Shown here: piece after piece, positions 10,153-20,302 of the stretch
Position numbering within the stretch: position 1 is the first letter of the stretch
How the letters are laid out: each line of letters begins with the position of its first letter
Source of the DNA: Acidimicrobiia bacterium
GTDB lineage: Bacteria > Actinomycetota > Acidimicrobiia > Spongiisociales > ZC4RG35
Assembly: GCA_965215185.1 (NCBI GenBank)
Contig: OZ244034.1
Span: 1,632,001 to 1,696,000 of the forward strand
Length of the DNA: 64,000 bases
Reading direction: 5' to 3'
Program-made: the position numbers and the translations under genes
Notes under the pieces: model-generated
What the model saw: the letters and a program-made list of their open reading frames with translations, nothing else
Database searches by the model: none
Told to the model about the DNA's origin: nothing

Positions 10153-10515
10153 TTAGTATTCCAGCAGAGGAACCGTTCGTTCCGGTCCGTCGTAGTATTG
10201 AAGGAAGTGCTTAGCGAAGGCGCGCGATCGCGATCGTTGTTTTTCTCTCTGATCCTCTGGTGCCGCGCACTCTCTCATGATGTCATCCGAGGTGACCGTT
10301 AGGATATCAAACCACACGAATCTGTCTTCGGTGTAGTGTCCAATAGCGAACATCGTGTCCCCTGGAGCGAAAGCTCCGTTTTCTGTTATGTAAGCGGAGT
10401 AATCTGCCAGCCCCCTGTCGATTTCTTCCTCAGATATGTCGTGGCTTAGATCCACGGTGGAGGTGTCCGACGCGGGGTTGGTCATAGCGCACAGCATAAC
10501 GCTCTCAACGGCCAA
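10153..10515 (-). CDS. Family-A antitoxin-like protein (copy 2 of 3)
   Basis: Diverged copy of 4392-4760. Confidence 0.6.
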   Translation of the reverse strand: MAVESVMLCAMTNPASDTSTVDLSHDISEEEIDRGLADYSAYITENGAFAPGDTMFAIGHYTEDRFVWFDILTVTSDDIMRECAAPEDQREKQRSRSRAFAKHFLQYYDGPERTVPLLEY

Positions 10516-10716
10516 CGGTCAGCGTGTGGTCGGAAAACCAACCGGGAAGAATGCATGTTGGACGAACTGGACCGGATATTGGGTATATGTTTGGAAAACG
10601 ACAACGGGCGATTCTATACTGTGCTTATCAATGCGGAATGTGTTGTCCAAGGTCGATGCAAGAGTGATCATTGCGAGACACAGCCCGCACGTTTAGTGTG
10701 TTCGGAGGACTTTCCC

Positions 10717-11424
10717 ATGGTTAGACGAATCGCCCGCATCGCAACCGTTGCAATCGCCGCCTCATTGTTGCTGTCAGGCCCAGTCTTGGCGCACCCTCTC
10801 GGTGCAGACGTCCCGGACCATGCTCATGACGGCCAAAAGGTGCACTGCGACGACGACCCGGACGACCAATACGACTCGATCGGTCAGTACGACCATTGCG
10901 TAGAACTGGCACGCAGCGCCAGTCAGACACTGACCGTGTATTTGAATACTCACCAGTACCTGAACCGGATCAGCCGCATCGCCCGGATAGACGAACATGG
11001 CAACCCGATCGCCTCTCCCGTCTGCGTGAACAACAACGGCCTTCAAGTGGCGACAGTCCAAAGCCTGGGTCGCATAAACGGCACGAATTGGACCCACACG
11101 TTCCGCAACAGCAACAGCGGCACCGAATACCGGCGGGTCGTTCACTACGTCGAAATAACGGTCATCACCCCCGACGAATGCGCAGGGTCGTTCTGGTTCA
11201 CAGTAGCGGTCGTAGAAGCCCCCCGTTCGTCTTACACCCCGAGTCCCGCTTTGACACCGCACAACCCGGATGTTCCCACCAAGGAAACCCCGCACAACCA
11301 GTTCGACGATGACGGATGGGCGATCGGTTCCGGCGGCAAGCTGTTCGAAAAACGAGCAGGCGGCGTTTGTTACGAGTACTACCCGAACGAACCGACACGG
11401 ATACCTAGACGGTTCTCCTGCTGA
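10717..11424 (+). CDS. Secreted hypothetical protein, His/Asp/Cys-rich
   Basis: GGAGGA RBS; signal peptide MVRRIARIATVAIAASLLLSGPVLA. Confidence 0.7.
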   Translation: MVRRIARIATVAIAASLLLSGPVLAHPLGADVPDHAHDGQKVHCDDDPDDQYDSIGQYDHCVELARSASQTLTVYLNTHQYLNRISRIARIDEHGNPIASPVCVNNNGLQVATVQSLGRINGTNWTHTFRNSNSGTEYRRVVHYVEITVITPDECAGSFWFTVAVVEAPRSSYTPSPALTPHNPDVPTKETPHNQFDDDGWAIGSGGKLFEKRAGGVCYEYYPNEPTRIPRRFSC

Positions 11425-11631
11425 AACCACGGGTGCATACCCAACGGGTTCAAGCTAGTCGCCCGCCTCCCCTATCCCCTACTGGAACATACGGTGTTAA
11501 TGTCCCATAGTGGGGCTGACTTTAGGTTTAATCCTGACGGGCGGTTGACCATGTTGCGTTCCGACCTGGCAACCCGGTGTCGCCTCGGAGCGGGCGACAA
11601 GCACCTGGGACGCGCCAAGCGTAAACGCTCT

Positions 11632-11674
11632 CTGACCTGCGGCTCAGCAGGGGGTCCTGAGGTCGCTCCACATT
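11632..11674 (+). repeat. Degenerate remnant of junction module
   Basis: CTGACCTGCGGCTCAGCAGGGG...GCTCCACATT. Confidence 0.5.
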
Positions 11675-11996
11675 CGGAAGTCTTTCGCCTTACCCGAAGC
11701 CCGAGACAAATCCTGAGAAGCCGGGCCGTCCAACCAGACGTTGGAGGTGTCATCAGTCCGCCCACCCAATACGTCGGTGCCCCGTCAACCGCCATGGAAG
11801 AGACGCTGTATCCGCATCTCGTGTCAATGTGAATCGCCACTCACTATCCAAATATCCCCTCCAACCCCTTTGTCCGATTGCGGATACCCTTCCCCACTCG
11901 TTGGTTAGCCGCGGCCCTAGGGCATACAGTGTTTTCGGTATAATGGTATTCGGATGATGACTGGATCGGGGGGAATCTACTCGGCTTCCACTATCT

Positions 11997-12057
11997 GGTA
12001 GAGGGTCACTTTGCTGGGCAAAACCGCAGGTCAGAGAGCCAAACTGACCCACTACCC
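11997..12057 (+). repeat. 60-bp palindromic MITE-like element, copy 1
   Basis: GGTAGAGGGTCACTTTG...CCGCAGGTCAG...CAAACTGACCCACTACCC. Confidence 0.8.
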
Positions 12058-12340
12058 ATTGGCTCCCTCGTTCTGGATCATATTCTTCGTCTGGGCTACC
12101 TTTTTTATCGACACTATTTTAGTTGCCGTTTTAACTGCTAGCTCTCCCATACTATTCGTTATGTTCCGCCAGAGGCACGACAAACAACGCAACGCGCGGC
12201 GGTACAAATCTGTAATACTAAAAGATTGGGCAATGTTGTGCGTTGCGTTGGCCAGTATCAGCCTTGTTACCTTATCACAAACTGGCGCCCTATTGATTGA
12301 AGGTAGTTGGTGGCGAATCCCTGTAGGGTTGCTGTTAACT

Positions 12341-12401
12341 GGGTAGTGGGTCACTTTGCCTCCCCGACCTGCGGCTTAACCCCTCAAACTGGCCCACTAC
12401 C
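12341..12401 (-). repeat. 60-bp palindromic MITE-like element, copy 2 (opposite orientation)
   Basis: GGGTAGTGGGTCACTTTG...GACCTGCGG...CAAACTGGCCCACTACC. Confidence 0.8.
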
Positions 12402-12521
12402 TGCCCTTGCGGGGAAAGTCGGCCTGCCACCCCGTTGGGTTCAGTAGAACATAGCGAATATCGTCTTCGGAGATCCGTTTGGTGGCAGACGGGAGCACCC
12501 GCTCTTCACCAGAAAATAGGA

Positions 12522-12890
12522 TCAGACCACTCCCACGGAGGTAGCTGATATGATGCTTTGCGCTAGTTCGTCGGGTAGACGGGAAATGACACGCCCTCTT
12601 TCCAGAGCACCCATCTGGGCCAAAAGTCTCGCGGAAACATGTGCGGGCAAATGAAGAATGTCGTCAATCTGATCTTCTAGGGAAAGTTTGAAGAACAGGC
12701 CATCCGCCAGAGAGGTTACCCACGCAATATCCTCGGGAGTGAGGGGGCGACTGTCTATGTTCTTGAAATCCTCGTTCGGATCTTCACAGCGAGCAATGAT
12801 CTCAGCGTCTTCGCGGAGGGCAGCGATCTCATCGTCTGTCATACTTGCCAGCATTTCGCCAGCCATTTCCCTCAGCATCTCGTCGCTCAT
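12522..12890 (-). CDS. Acidic hypothetical protein, copy 1 of 2
   Basis: Near-identical to 35846-36190; segment ~12401-13045 is an inverted duplicate of ~35695-36335. Confidence 0.65.
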   Translation of the reverse strand: MSDEMLREMAGEMLASMTDDEIAALREDAEIIARCEDPNEDFKNIDSRPLTPEDIAWVTSLADGLFFKLSLEDQIDDILHLPAHVSARLLAQMGALERGRVISRLPDELAQSIISATSVGVV

Positions 12891-13188
12891 ACTTCACAGC
12901 GTAGCGGGCACCCAAGTGGGCGGGCCTCAATATAGCGAAGCATGGCCGGGCGGTGCTGGCCGTGGATTCACGGGAGTAGGGCAACCTTGTCGGGAGAATA
13001 ACCTTCGGACTCGCCCCGGGCCTTATACAAAAGAGGCTGGCTTGAGCGCAGCCTCAAACAGGCGCACCTTTCGCGAGACCCCTGCTAAGACCCAGGTCAG
13101 AGGTAGTGGACAACAAGCCCCAATGCGCCGAGAGGGTCTCACCAACACGCAACGCATGCTTGGAGACACTCTCGCTATTCTGTGAACT

Positions 13189-13623
13189 ATGAGAAGCGGA
13201 ATGGATGTGCTACCCATGTGGGAACCGGTTGTTCCGGTTCCGTTTGACAGCGAACAAGAAGCCAACGTGGCTGGTATTGCCGCTGCGGAACGGGTCGCTG
13301 AGAGTAGCGGTTTTAAGTGGGAGCGATATGGGTCCGCTTTTTGGCAGAGTCAACCTGACCCCATGCTGCCCTGCGACCTCCTGGTAGGGTCGGTGCCGCA
13401 TTCCGACGGCTGGTGGCCTGTCCTTTCCCTGTCAGCGGGAGTTCGAGGTGGGGGTAGGTATTGGCAATTCAGCACCCATCAGGGAAGCGACACTCATATT
13501 CCTTTAGAGGTAGCGCCCTCTGCCATGGTGGTCATGTTGGAGACGTATTTACTACTTGTCCGCTCCGAAGTGTGGCACCCCTCCGACGTTGAGCGACGCG
13601 AGGCTATGTTCGGAACCGGTTAG
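13189..13623 (+). CDS. Hypothetical protein
   Basis: Open frame co-oriented with the next two genes; no recognised motif. Confidence 0.4.
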   Translation: MRSGMDVLPMWEPVVPVPFDSEQEANVAGIAAAERVAESSGFKWERYGSAFWQSQPDPMLPCDLLVGSVPHSDGWWPVLSLSAGVRGGGRYWQFSTHQGSDTHIPLEVAPSAMVVMLETYLLLVRSEVWHPSDVERREAMFGTG

Positions 13624-13663
13624 CCCACATGACCACATTCCCTATGACTAAGCGGCTTTTGCC

Positions 13664-14176
13664 ATGATCGTTTGGGAGCATTATGTGATAAGAGGCCGTG
13701 CCCGTGGAGAGAACGATGCCAACCGGGTACGAGGCGAATTCTACCACTTCTTGAGGGAGGAATACGAGGGTCCTTTACCTCTGGGGGGACACACCCAATG
13801 GGAGGCGGGGGATATTCTGTGGGAACTGGCCGCCAATGCTGCGGAGTGGTCCAGGGAACCCTCCGCTGATGTTGCTTTGGAAGCATCGGAGGATTACGCG
13901 GCTATACATGTATCGGACCGGGGTGTAGGAGTCGAGCGGGCATTGGGGCGTCCTGTCGTGGAGGCTTTCCAACATGGAACTACCTCGTCTCGACGCAGCG
14001 GCAGAGGCAGGGGACTGAATTGTGTAACACAGATGACGATCAAGGGAGGTCGGTTTGTGTTGGAAAGCATAGATATTGCGGTTACTTGCATCAACGGGAA
14101 GGTAGCCTCCTCCGCTAAATCAGCCAGTCCCATCACGGGCACTCACACCACCTTCATTTTCTGTTCACCCACCTGA
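13664..14176 (+). CDS. HATPase_c (GHKL) domain protein
   Basis: ELAANAxE (N box), DxGxG (G1), GxGRGL (G2), GT near C-terminus. Confidence 0.75.
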   Translation: MIVWEHYVIRGRARGENDANRVRGEFYHFLREEYEGPLPLGGHTQWEAGDILWELAANAAEWSREPSADVALEASEDYAAIHVSDRGVGVERALGRPVVEAFQHGTTSSRRSGRGRGLNCVTQMTIKGGRFVLESIDIAVTCINGKVASSAKSASPITGTHTTFIFCSPT

Positions 14177-14255
14177 GTGGCTTGAAGATAACGATCTGGC
14201 CTTGTTTGGCAGCCTGTACGCCGGGGGATCAGTTGCCATCCTCCCGGAGGCGGAT

Positions 14256-14714
14256 ATGGCAAATCTTCCAGACAGCGACGCCATCAGGGAAAACTTGCAG
14301 CGACTACATCGCCAACTCGAAAGCGGTGATGCCGCGGCTATGATCGGAGTCGCTAAAGATCTTCTCGAATCCACCGCGAAGGTGGTGCTGAAAGCTGAAG
14401 GTGAAGCCGTAGGGCGCGATGCAAACCTGCCTTCCCTGATAGCACGAACCCACGAGACATTGGATATCCATACCAAGAACGCAACACATCACGATCCTGA
14501 CATCCAGTTAGCAGTCAAGAAAATAAGGGGTGGCCTCCAGCGCATAGCCTTGGGAGTCACTGACCTTAGGAACGCGGTTGGGACAGGCCACGGGCGGCTA
14601 ATGCCCAGCCCTTCTGGTCTAGTCGATGACGGACGACTAGCTGCTGAAGCGGCAGCGGCCTGGATCCGATCAATTCTTGCCGCCTACCCCAAACACACAA
14701 ACAAGACCATATAG
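14256..14714 (+). CDS. Abortive-infection family protein (Abi_C-like)
   Basis: IGxAKxLLESxxKxxL...LRNxxGTGHGR motif. Confidence 0.75.
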   Translation: MANLPDSDAIRENLQRLHRQLESGDAAAMIGVAKDLLESTAKVVLKAEGEAVGRDANLPSLIARTHETLDIHTKNATHHDPDIQLAVKKIRGGLQRIALGVTDLRNAVGTGHGRLMPSPSGLVDDGRLAAEAAAAWIRSILAAYPKHTNKTI

Positions 14715-14736
14715 ACCGGTCGGAAAGACGGACGGT

Positions 14737-15146
14737 GTCTGGGCTTTCGGTCTCGCCGCACACACCATCGGCGTGCTGGCACTAGCCATCGCCCACAACG
14801 TCAAAGAAACCATCGAGATCGAAGAAACCCAGACCGACAAACCTGTTCCTCCGGCCAGCCCCAAGCACTTCGAACCGACCCGCCGCAACATCCTCGCCGA
14901 CAGCCTCGCAGCACGGGCACCCCTAAGCCTCCCAACGCACCCAGAACCTCCCACAGCAGCCCGATAGGCAACCTCAAACCCCCAAGAACGGGCAAGAACA
15001 GGAAAAAACGGCCTAACTGGCCCACCTATTTGGGATAAATGGACCAGAGACCCGGGTGGCCTGTGGGACACTACCCCTGACCTGCGGCTCAGCAGAGGGT
15101 TCCGATGGCCGTACTTCCACATTTGAAAGGGGTGGTGCTCCACATT
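14737..15146 (+). mobile_element. Transposase remnant plus junction module
   Basis: FGLAAHTIG...HNVKETIEIEETQ; end ctccacattt at 15146. Confidence 0.85.
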
Positions 15147-15191
15147 TGTGAACACCCCACGGATGAGGGCTGGAAGCCATTTCGAGGTTAG

Positions 15192-16463
15192 TGAGCTCCT
15201 ATGTCAAAATCGGGGTTGGTTTTGGTGGTTGGAGGTGGGTCCAGATGCGGTCTGAGATTCGGCGTTTGAGGACGCGTATGGCGTCTCTGTGGGTCTTTCC
15301 TCGGGTGATGAGTTTCTGGTAGTAGCGGCGGCCTTCGCTGTCTGCGCGGGCGATCTGGGTCAAAGCGGCGGTGTGGATGGCCCGGTTTAGTTGGCGGTTC
15401 CCACCCCGGTTGAGTCGATGGCGTACTACTCGTCCGCTGCTGGCTTCGATGGGTGCGGTGCCGTTGGCCATGGCGAACTTGTCTTTGGTCGCATAGCGGT
15501 GTGGGTTGCCCACCTCCGAAAGGATGGTGGCAGCGACCAGTACACCCACCCCGTGAATGTCTAGTAGACGGGTTTCGGATTGGTCGACCAGTGTTTTGAT
15601 CTCGGCGGTGAGTTGTTTGATCTCGGTGTCCAGTTGTCGCAGTCTTCGGATGCGTTGTTTGGCTACCCGCCCGTGGGGGGTGGTGTCCCGCCAACACAGT
15701 TTCATGGCCTGGTCGAGGGCTTTTCGGGTGGTGAGCCGGGGAATGTTCTGGTGGTAGCCTGGTCGGAGTTTCCCCAGGTCGGCGTGGAGCCGGTTGGCCT
15801 GGGCGGTGCGGTCTTCTACCAGTTCACGGCGGTATGAGACCAGCACACGGAGGTCTTCGGTGTCCTCCCAAAACGTCGGCGGGGCGAGCGTGTTGTCTCG
15901 GAGAGCGACCCTGGCGATCACCCAAGCGTCGACCTGGTCGGTTTTGGTCTGGGTACGGCCCCGGCGCCGGACCTGGGCGGTCAGCTGCGGTGGAACCTCC
16001 CGGATGTCCAGACCAGCGGCCATAGCGGCGACCGCGGCTGGGCGGCCGAACGTGCCGGACCCCTCGACCGCTACCCTGGCGGCGTTGGTGGTGTGAGCCC
16101 AATCTATGAGTTGACGGTGACCAGTAGGGGTGTTAGCGATGGTCCGGTACTCCAGGGCGGTGCCCAGGTGGTCTACCAAACAGGCAGAAAGGGTATCCTT
16201 GTGCGAGTCGATCCCGATAACGAACATGGTTCAATCCTCCAATTTCGGGGGTTTGCGGGAGCGGCAGAAGGCTCGGCGAAGCGCATCCATGCGTCGAAAC
16301 AACACCCCCACAGGGGGCAGATACAAGTCACGCTCCTATCAAGCGACAACACCGAGCGGGCAACCGGTGGGGAGACACTCACTAACTAAGCCACCACAAT
16401 GGGGCAGGGTCGTTTGGAGTCATCCCCACCGGCACTGCCACACCCCAACATATAACACGCATG
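15192..16463 (-). mobile_element. IS110-family insertion sequence (apparently intact)
   Basis: Transposase plus ~235-bp upstream non-coding end; boundaries inferred from a repeated TG/CA dinucleotide. Confidence 0.75.
15199..16227 (-). CDS. IS110 DEDD recombinase/transposase
   Basis: IGIDSHK, VEGSGTFG, KTDQVDA, APIEASSG...HRLNRGGNRQLN. Confidence 0.95.
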   Translation of the reverse strand: MFVIGIDSHKDTLSACLVDHLGTALEYRTIANTPTGHRQLIDWAHTTNAARVAVEGSGTFGRPAAVAAMAAGLDIREVPPQLTAQVRRRGRTQTKTDQVDAWVIARVALRDNTLAPPTFWEDTEDLRVLVSYRRELVEDRTAQANRLHADLGKLRPGYHQNIPRLTTRKALDQAMKLCWRDTTPHGRVAKQRIRRLRQLDTEIKQLTAEIKTLVDQSETRLLDIHGVGVLVAATILSEVGNPHRYATKDKFAMANGTAPIEASSGRVVRHRLNRGGNRQLNRAIHTAALTQIARADSEGRRYYQKLITRGKTHRDAIRVLKRRISDRIWTHLQPPKPTPILT

Positions 16464-16603
16464 GGTCATTTTGAGGGGTGCCACCACAGAGGTCATAGCC
16501 AAACAGACCTACTACCCCTGACGCTACCACCCAGACCGTTTAGTTGACGGCGCCGCTGGTCTGATGGCGCCTGCGAGTGCGATCCCAGACACGGTAAGAT
16601 GGA

Positions 16604-16933
16604 ATGCGTATGGTGAGCGATCTTCCCTACGAGGCACTCCTTGCTCAGATAGCCAGAGTTGTGAACTCTCGCGCTAAGGGTGCGGTCAAGGTCTTGCTTT
16701 TTGGCTCCATTGCCCGTCGGGATGCTCAAGAGTCGAGCGATGTTGACTTGTTGCTTGTTTGGCCAGCCAGCATCGATGAGGACGAACAGTGGGAAGCGTC
16801 ACGGGAGATAGCGCACGGCATCAATCAGGCTACTCAAAGAGTGTGCCTTCCTTTGATCTACACAGAAGACGAATACTGCGACATGCCGCGCAGTTCTCCC
16901 CGTTTAGCGGAAGCTCTCTCGAGACGCTATTGA
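16604..16933 (+). CDS. MNT nucleotidyltransferase (antitoxin of MNT-HEPN pair)
   Basis: LLFGSIARRDA..SDVDLLLV; homologous to 25860-26210. Confidence 0.8.
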   Translation: MRMVSDLPYEALLAQIARVVNSRAKGAVKVLLFGSIARRDAQESSDVDLLLVWPASIDEDEQWEASREIAHGINQATQRVCLPLIYTEDEYCDMPRSSPRLAEALSRRY

Positions 16934-16951
16934 CCTCATGGAACATGCGAG

Positions 16952-17187
16952 ATGAAGGCAACCCCAACAAGGCAATGCGACAAAGCATTCGCTAACGCCC
17001 GATATGACAAAGCGGTGTCCTTTGCTTTTCAGGCTACCTTATATCCCTACTCCGAAGACGGGGGCACACGTTCCGTGGCGGTGAGCAACGCCGCCAATGC
17101 TGCCATAGCCGCCGCCGACGTTATCTGTTGCAATGAACTAGGAGAGCGATCTTCCAGTTCGGACCACGCAGATGGCATATATCTATT
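16952..17187 (+). pseudogene. HEPN-like gene truncated at MITE copy 3
   Basis: Homologous to 26216-26611 up to ...GIYLL, then 60-bp palindrome. Confidence 0.75.
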
Positions 17188-17248
17188 GGGTAGTGGTTCA
17201 CTTTGAGGGGTAAAGCCGCAGGTCAGAGAGTCAAACTGAGCCACTACC
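17188..17248 (+). repeat. 60-bp palindromic MITE-like element, copy 3
   Basis: GGGTAGTGGTTCACTTTG...CAAACTGAGCCACTACC. Confidence 0.8.
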
Positions 17249-17291
17249 ATATCTTGGAACCCACCTCTGTGAGGATGGCACCCTAGTGGCT

Positions 17292-17702
17292 CTATCTAGT
17301 CGGCAGGTCAACACTGCCCTCCGAAAGCCTCTCCGAAATCTCCGGGTCGTCAACCACCGCCACCGAAAACTCGGATTCCGTGTACACCCAGGGGACACAG
17401 GGCCGCCCTATGACTTCTCCCACTCTCCGAGCCGTTTCCATTCCGACCATCCACAGATCGTTTTCGTCGCCGCTGTCGTCGGGCCAGACAAGCAACAGCC
17501 CCACCTCGGTCTCCTTGCGAGAATGCTTCCGGCGGGCCAAGGAACCGAACATCGCCGCTCTGGAAACTCCCTCCGCCACCACCGCTACTACCTCGGCCAC
17601 CTCCGCGAATAAAGCGTCATAGTCCACAACTGGCCGTCCGGCGCCGATCCCCAGATTGTCGAGCACATCATCAAGCACCCGAGGGAGGCCTCTCAGTCCC
17701 AT
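17292..17702 (-). CDS. MNT-like nucleotidyltransferase (catalytic DxD degenerate; start uncertain)
   Basis: MFGSLARR..TEVGLLLVWP...CVPWVYTESE, paralogous to 16604-16933. Confidence 0.55.
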   Translation of the reverse strand: MGLRGLPRVLDDVLDNLGIGAGRPVVDYDALFAEVAEVVAVVAEGVSRAAMFGSLARRKHSRKETEVGLLLVWPDDSGDENDLWMVGMETARRVGEVIGRPCVPWVYTESEFSVAVVDDPEISERLSEGSVDLPTR

Positions 17703-17723
17703 ATCGGTTTTTCGTTGCTCCGC

Positions 17724-18113
17724 TCACCGGACGCTTATCAATTCCCAGTCAACCCGCCCACCAGCGAACTTCGCTAGGTTTGCTGCTTCGTCCCAGGTGA
17801 CATCGGTGCCGTCGGTTGCTTGTACAAGACGATCCATCATCAGGTCGTTGAGCGAGATGACCCGCAAGGGATACCCGTTCACAAACACGATATCCGGCGT
17901 GTCCACTCCGTACGACTCTTCGGAGGGCACCTCCACAAGCACCCCGCTCTCATGCTCCCATCCGTAGTACCAGTGGCGGCCTTTCTTCTCGAACCCGGCG
18001 GCCGCCAGAGATTCCATGTCCCGAGAGGTGACCCGGCCCACCATATCTATGTCGGTGGGTCGGGCCTGTTGCGTATAGAACACCTGGGCGCCGCCGCGGC
18101 GTACAGTACCCAC
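17724..18113 (-). pseudogene. Nucleotidyltransferase-like fragment
   Basis: GG.AxxFYT...TxDIDMV...LMMDRL; N-terminus looks frameshifted. Confidence 0.5.
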
Positions 18114-18184
18114 TCGGGACTACCAGGTTTTAATCGGAATATCCCCTCCAATAAACCAGCCGTGTCAGCGTTCACCTACGCCCG

Positions 18185-18409
18185 TCAGAGAGGTGTTTTG
18201 GGTCGGAGACCGCAGGCTTGTTCCTCGGCAGTGGTATCTATCCCCCGGAAACGTTTCCACGCCAATCGCTTTTCGATGTTACGAACCGGCGACCCACCGG
18301 CAGCGATCCCACGTTTGTAGTTTTCCCGGCCCCGAGCCAGCGCCTCTTCCATCGTCAGGATCGTCGGAGGAGGCGAAGCGCAAGGATCGATGGTGGGCTG
18401 CTCGGGCAT
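18185..18409 (-). CDS. Small hypothetical protein, copy 1 of 2
   Basis: Near-identical to 26835-27059, with identical flank up to the transposase remnant. Confidence 0.5.
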   Translation of the reverse strand: MPEQPTIDPCASPPPTILTMEEALARGRENYKRGIAAGGSPVRNIEKRLAWKRFRGIDTTAEEQACGLRPKTPL

Positions 18410-18595
18410 GACCCTCAGTATACCACTGGAGGGTCCGAGCGACCGACGACAGTTTGTCGTTCCTTTCTGGATAGACGGTTGTTTTGCACGGTTGTCTGTG
18501 CGTGATGGGGCCGGCGCGTTACTTGAGAACGCTTGTTCGTGACGCTGCCCTCAGCGGGCCAATGGACGACACCCAACCACAGATGTGTGGCTTTC

Positions 18596-18870
18596 GCCAG
18601 CGTCCCAGTTGACCTGCTCGATACCTACCAGGACATTCCCTTCGGCACCCCGCCTGGAAACGGAGCTACGGCCGCCGCAACCCCGTCGAGAAAACCTTTT
18701 CCATGATCAAGGACAAAGGCGGCCTGAAAGCCGGATGGTGCCGCTCCTTCGGTCTCGCCGCTCACACCATCGGCGCGTTGGCACTGGCCATCGCCCACAA
18801 CCTCAAACAAACCCTCACGGTCGAAAGTACCCAAACCGAAAAACCCGCCCCACCGGCCAGGCCCAAGAGC
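18596..18870 (+). mobile_element. Transposase remnant lacking the junction module
   Basis: YGRRNPVEKTFSMIKDKGG...PARPKS then unrelated sequence. Confidence 0.85.
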
Positions 18871-19384
18871 CGCCACGGCATGGTGGTGATCGCGGCGGAT
18901 CCCGCCTACACCAGTATCTGGGGAGCCAGATACTGGAAGAAGCCCCCTAGACATATCTCGCCGACAACGACTGGCGCGAAGCCCCCACATTCTGTGGGTG
19001 TTACGACCGCCCGAGCGGAACCCTGATTAGTGAGTCGCACAGGCGTTCAAGATCGTTCGGAACGCCGGGATAATAATAATCCTCTATCCAAAAAGGAACG
19101 GTTCCCTGAATGCACATCGAGTGATTTAAGACATGAAGAACCCAAAGACCAGCGTTTTGTCGATGTGCATGCCTAGAAGAATGGATTTATGTGGGAATGA
19201 AATCCGACACCCACAGCAGATACCCAAAAGCACCTTCGTAGTCGCCGCGTTTCAACAGATCTATCATGCGTTCGCCTTTTAGCGCCCGCTCGTTGGGTTT
19301 CCACATTAACCTCAACGCCGAGTCTTGGTAGTATCCCTCGTTCACGCGAGACATGATGTCTCGGAGTTGCTACAATAAGCACTA

Positions 19385-19798
19385 ATGGCTTCGAAACGAC
19401 GCAACGGCACTCTGACCCAGGAAGGCGTGGGGGCCGAACGCCCCGTGGCTGGTCGTTGGTTGGCTGTCGGTCCTACAGTGACCAACAAGCCATCACATGG
19501 CGTCCAAGAGGATGCCGAGGCATATTCGCGGGTTTATCCCTCCGATTTCGACTATTACAGAGATGTTGTAGCCAACAACGCACCCAGTGGGCTGCTGGGG
19601 ATCCCTCATCGCCAAAGCGGCGAACTGATAATGGTTGATCTGTTTGACATTTCCGCTGAGGACCTTGTGGAAAAATGCGGAATCCCCGATAACCAGCAAG
19701 AGGTCGCTCTTGACTGTTACCGGACTTACCTGTTGGGAAGAATCCCATACTGGGACGAGAACGCTGTCCCCGATCACATTCCCCTCTTGGACGAATAG
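19385..19798 (+). CDS. Family-A antitoxin-like protein
   Basis: VDLFDISAEDLVEKCGIP...HIPLL; homologous to 5280-5678. Confidence 0.65.
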   Translation: MASKRRNGTLTQEGVGAERPVAGRWLAVGPTVTNKPSHGVQEDAEAYSRVYPSDFDYYRDVVANNAPSGLLGIPHRQSGELIMVDLFDISAEDLVEKCGIPDNQQEVALDCYRTYLLGRIPYWDENAVPDHIPLLDE

Positions 19799-19840
19799 AC
19801 CCGAACTCTCAACACTGCCAGATGGGGCCGTGACAAGATC

Positions 19841-20233
19841 GTGCCCTGCTATGACGATCCTCGGCACCTAGCTCACTATCAGTGCCTTTTCTGGCCTCAC
19901 CCAGAAACTGTCCGGTTGGACATTTTGCCGACTGCGGCTCGGCGGGGAATCACAGAGGAAGAAATCAAGTGGGTTATGAAGCACGAACCGCGAGACACGA
20001 TAGCTTTCAATGGCAACGATCCCGATCCAGATGCTGACAAGCTCCATCAAACATTCGCAACATACGCCATGGTTCTGCAAGACGATAACTACATGATCGA
20101 GATCGTTTTGCGACAGGACTTGAGCGAGAAGTGGAAGGAACGGTGCCGAAGAGAGAGGCGAGCCCTCCCACAGTGCATCGTGTTCCACGCCATGAGAAAA
20201 CCTCGCATGGGCCGACGGAGACGCAGGAGATAA
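19841..20233 (+). CDS. Family-B BrnT/RelE-like putative toxin
   Basis: WP...AARRGITEEEI...IEIVLR...CIVFHAM. Confidence 0.65.
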   Translation: MPCYDDPRHLAHYQCLFWPHPETVRLDILPTAARRGITEEEIKWVMKHEPRDTIAFNGNDPDPDADKLHQTFATYAMVLQDDNYMIEIVLRQDLSEKWKERCRRERRALPQCIVFHAMRKPRMGRRRRRR

Positions 20234-20302
20234 TCGGGTTCGTCGGAATGAACGAGGGAGTTAGGAACCCGTCGAAATTCGAGGGAGTTCTCCACAAGTA
20301 GC

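Noticed and set aside
18870-19384. Possible gene remnant on the minus strand
   Set aside because: Several stops and no motif I can recognise.
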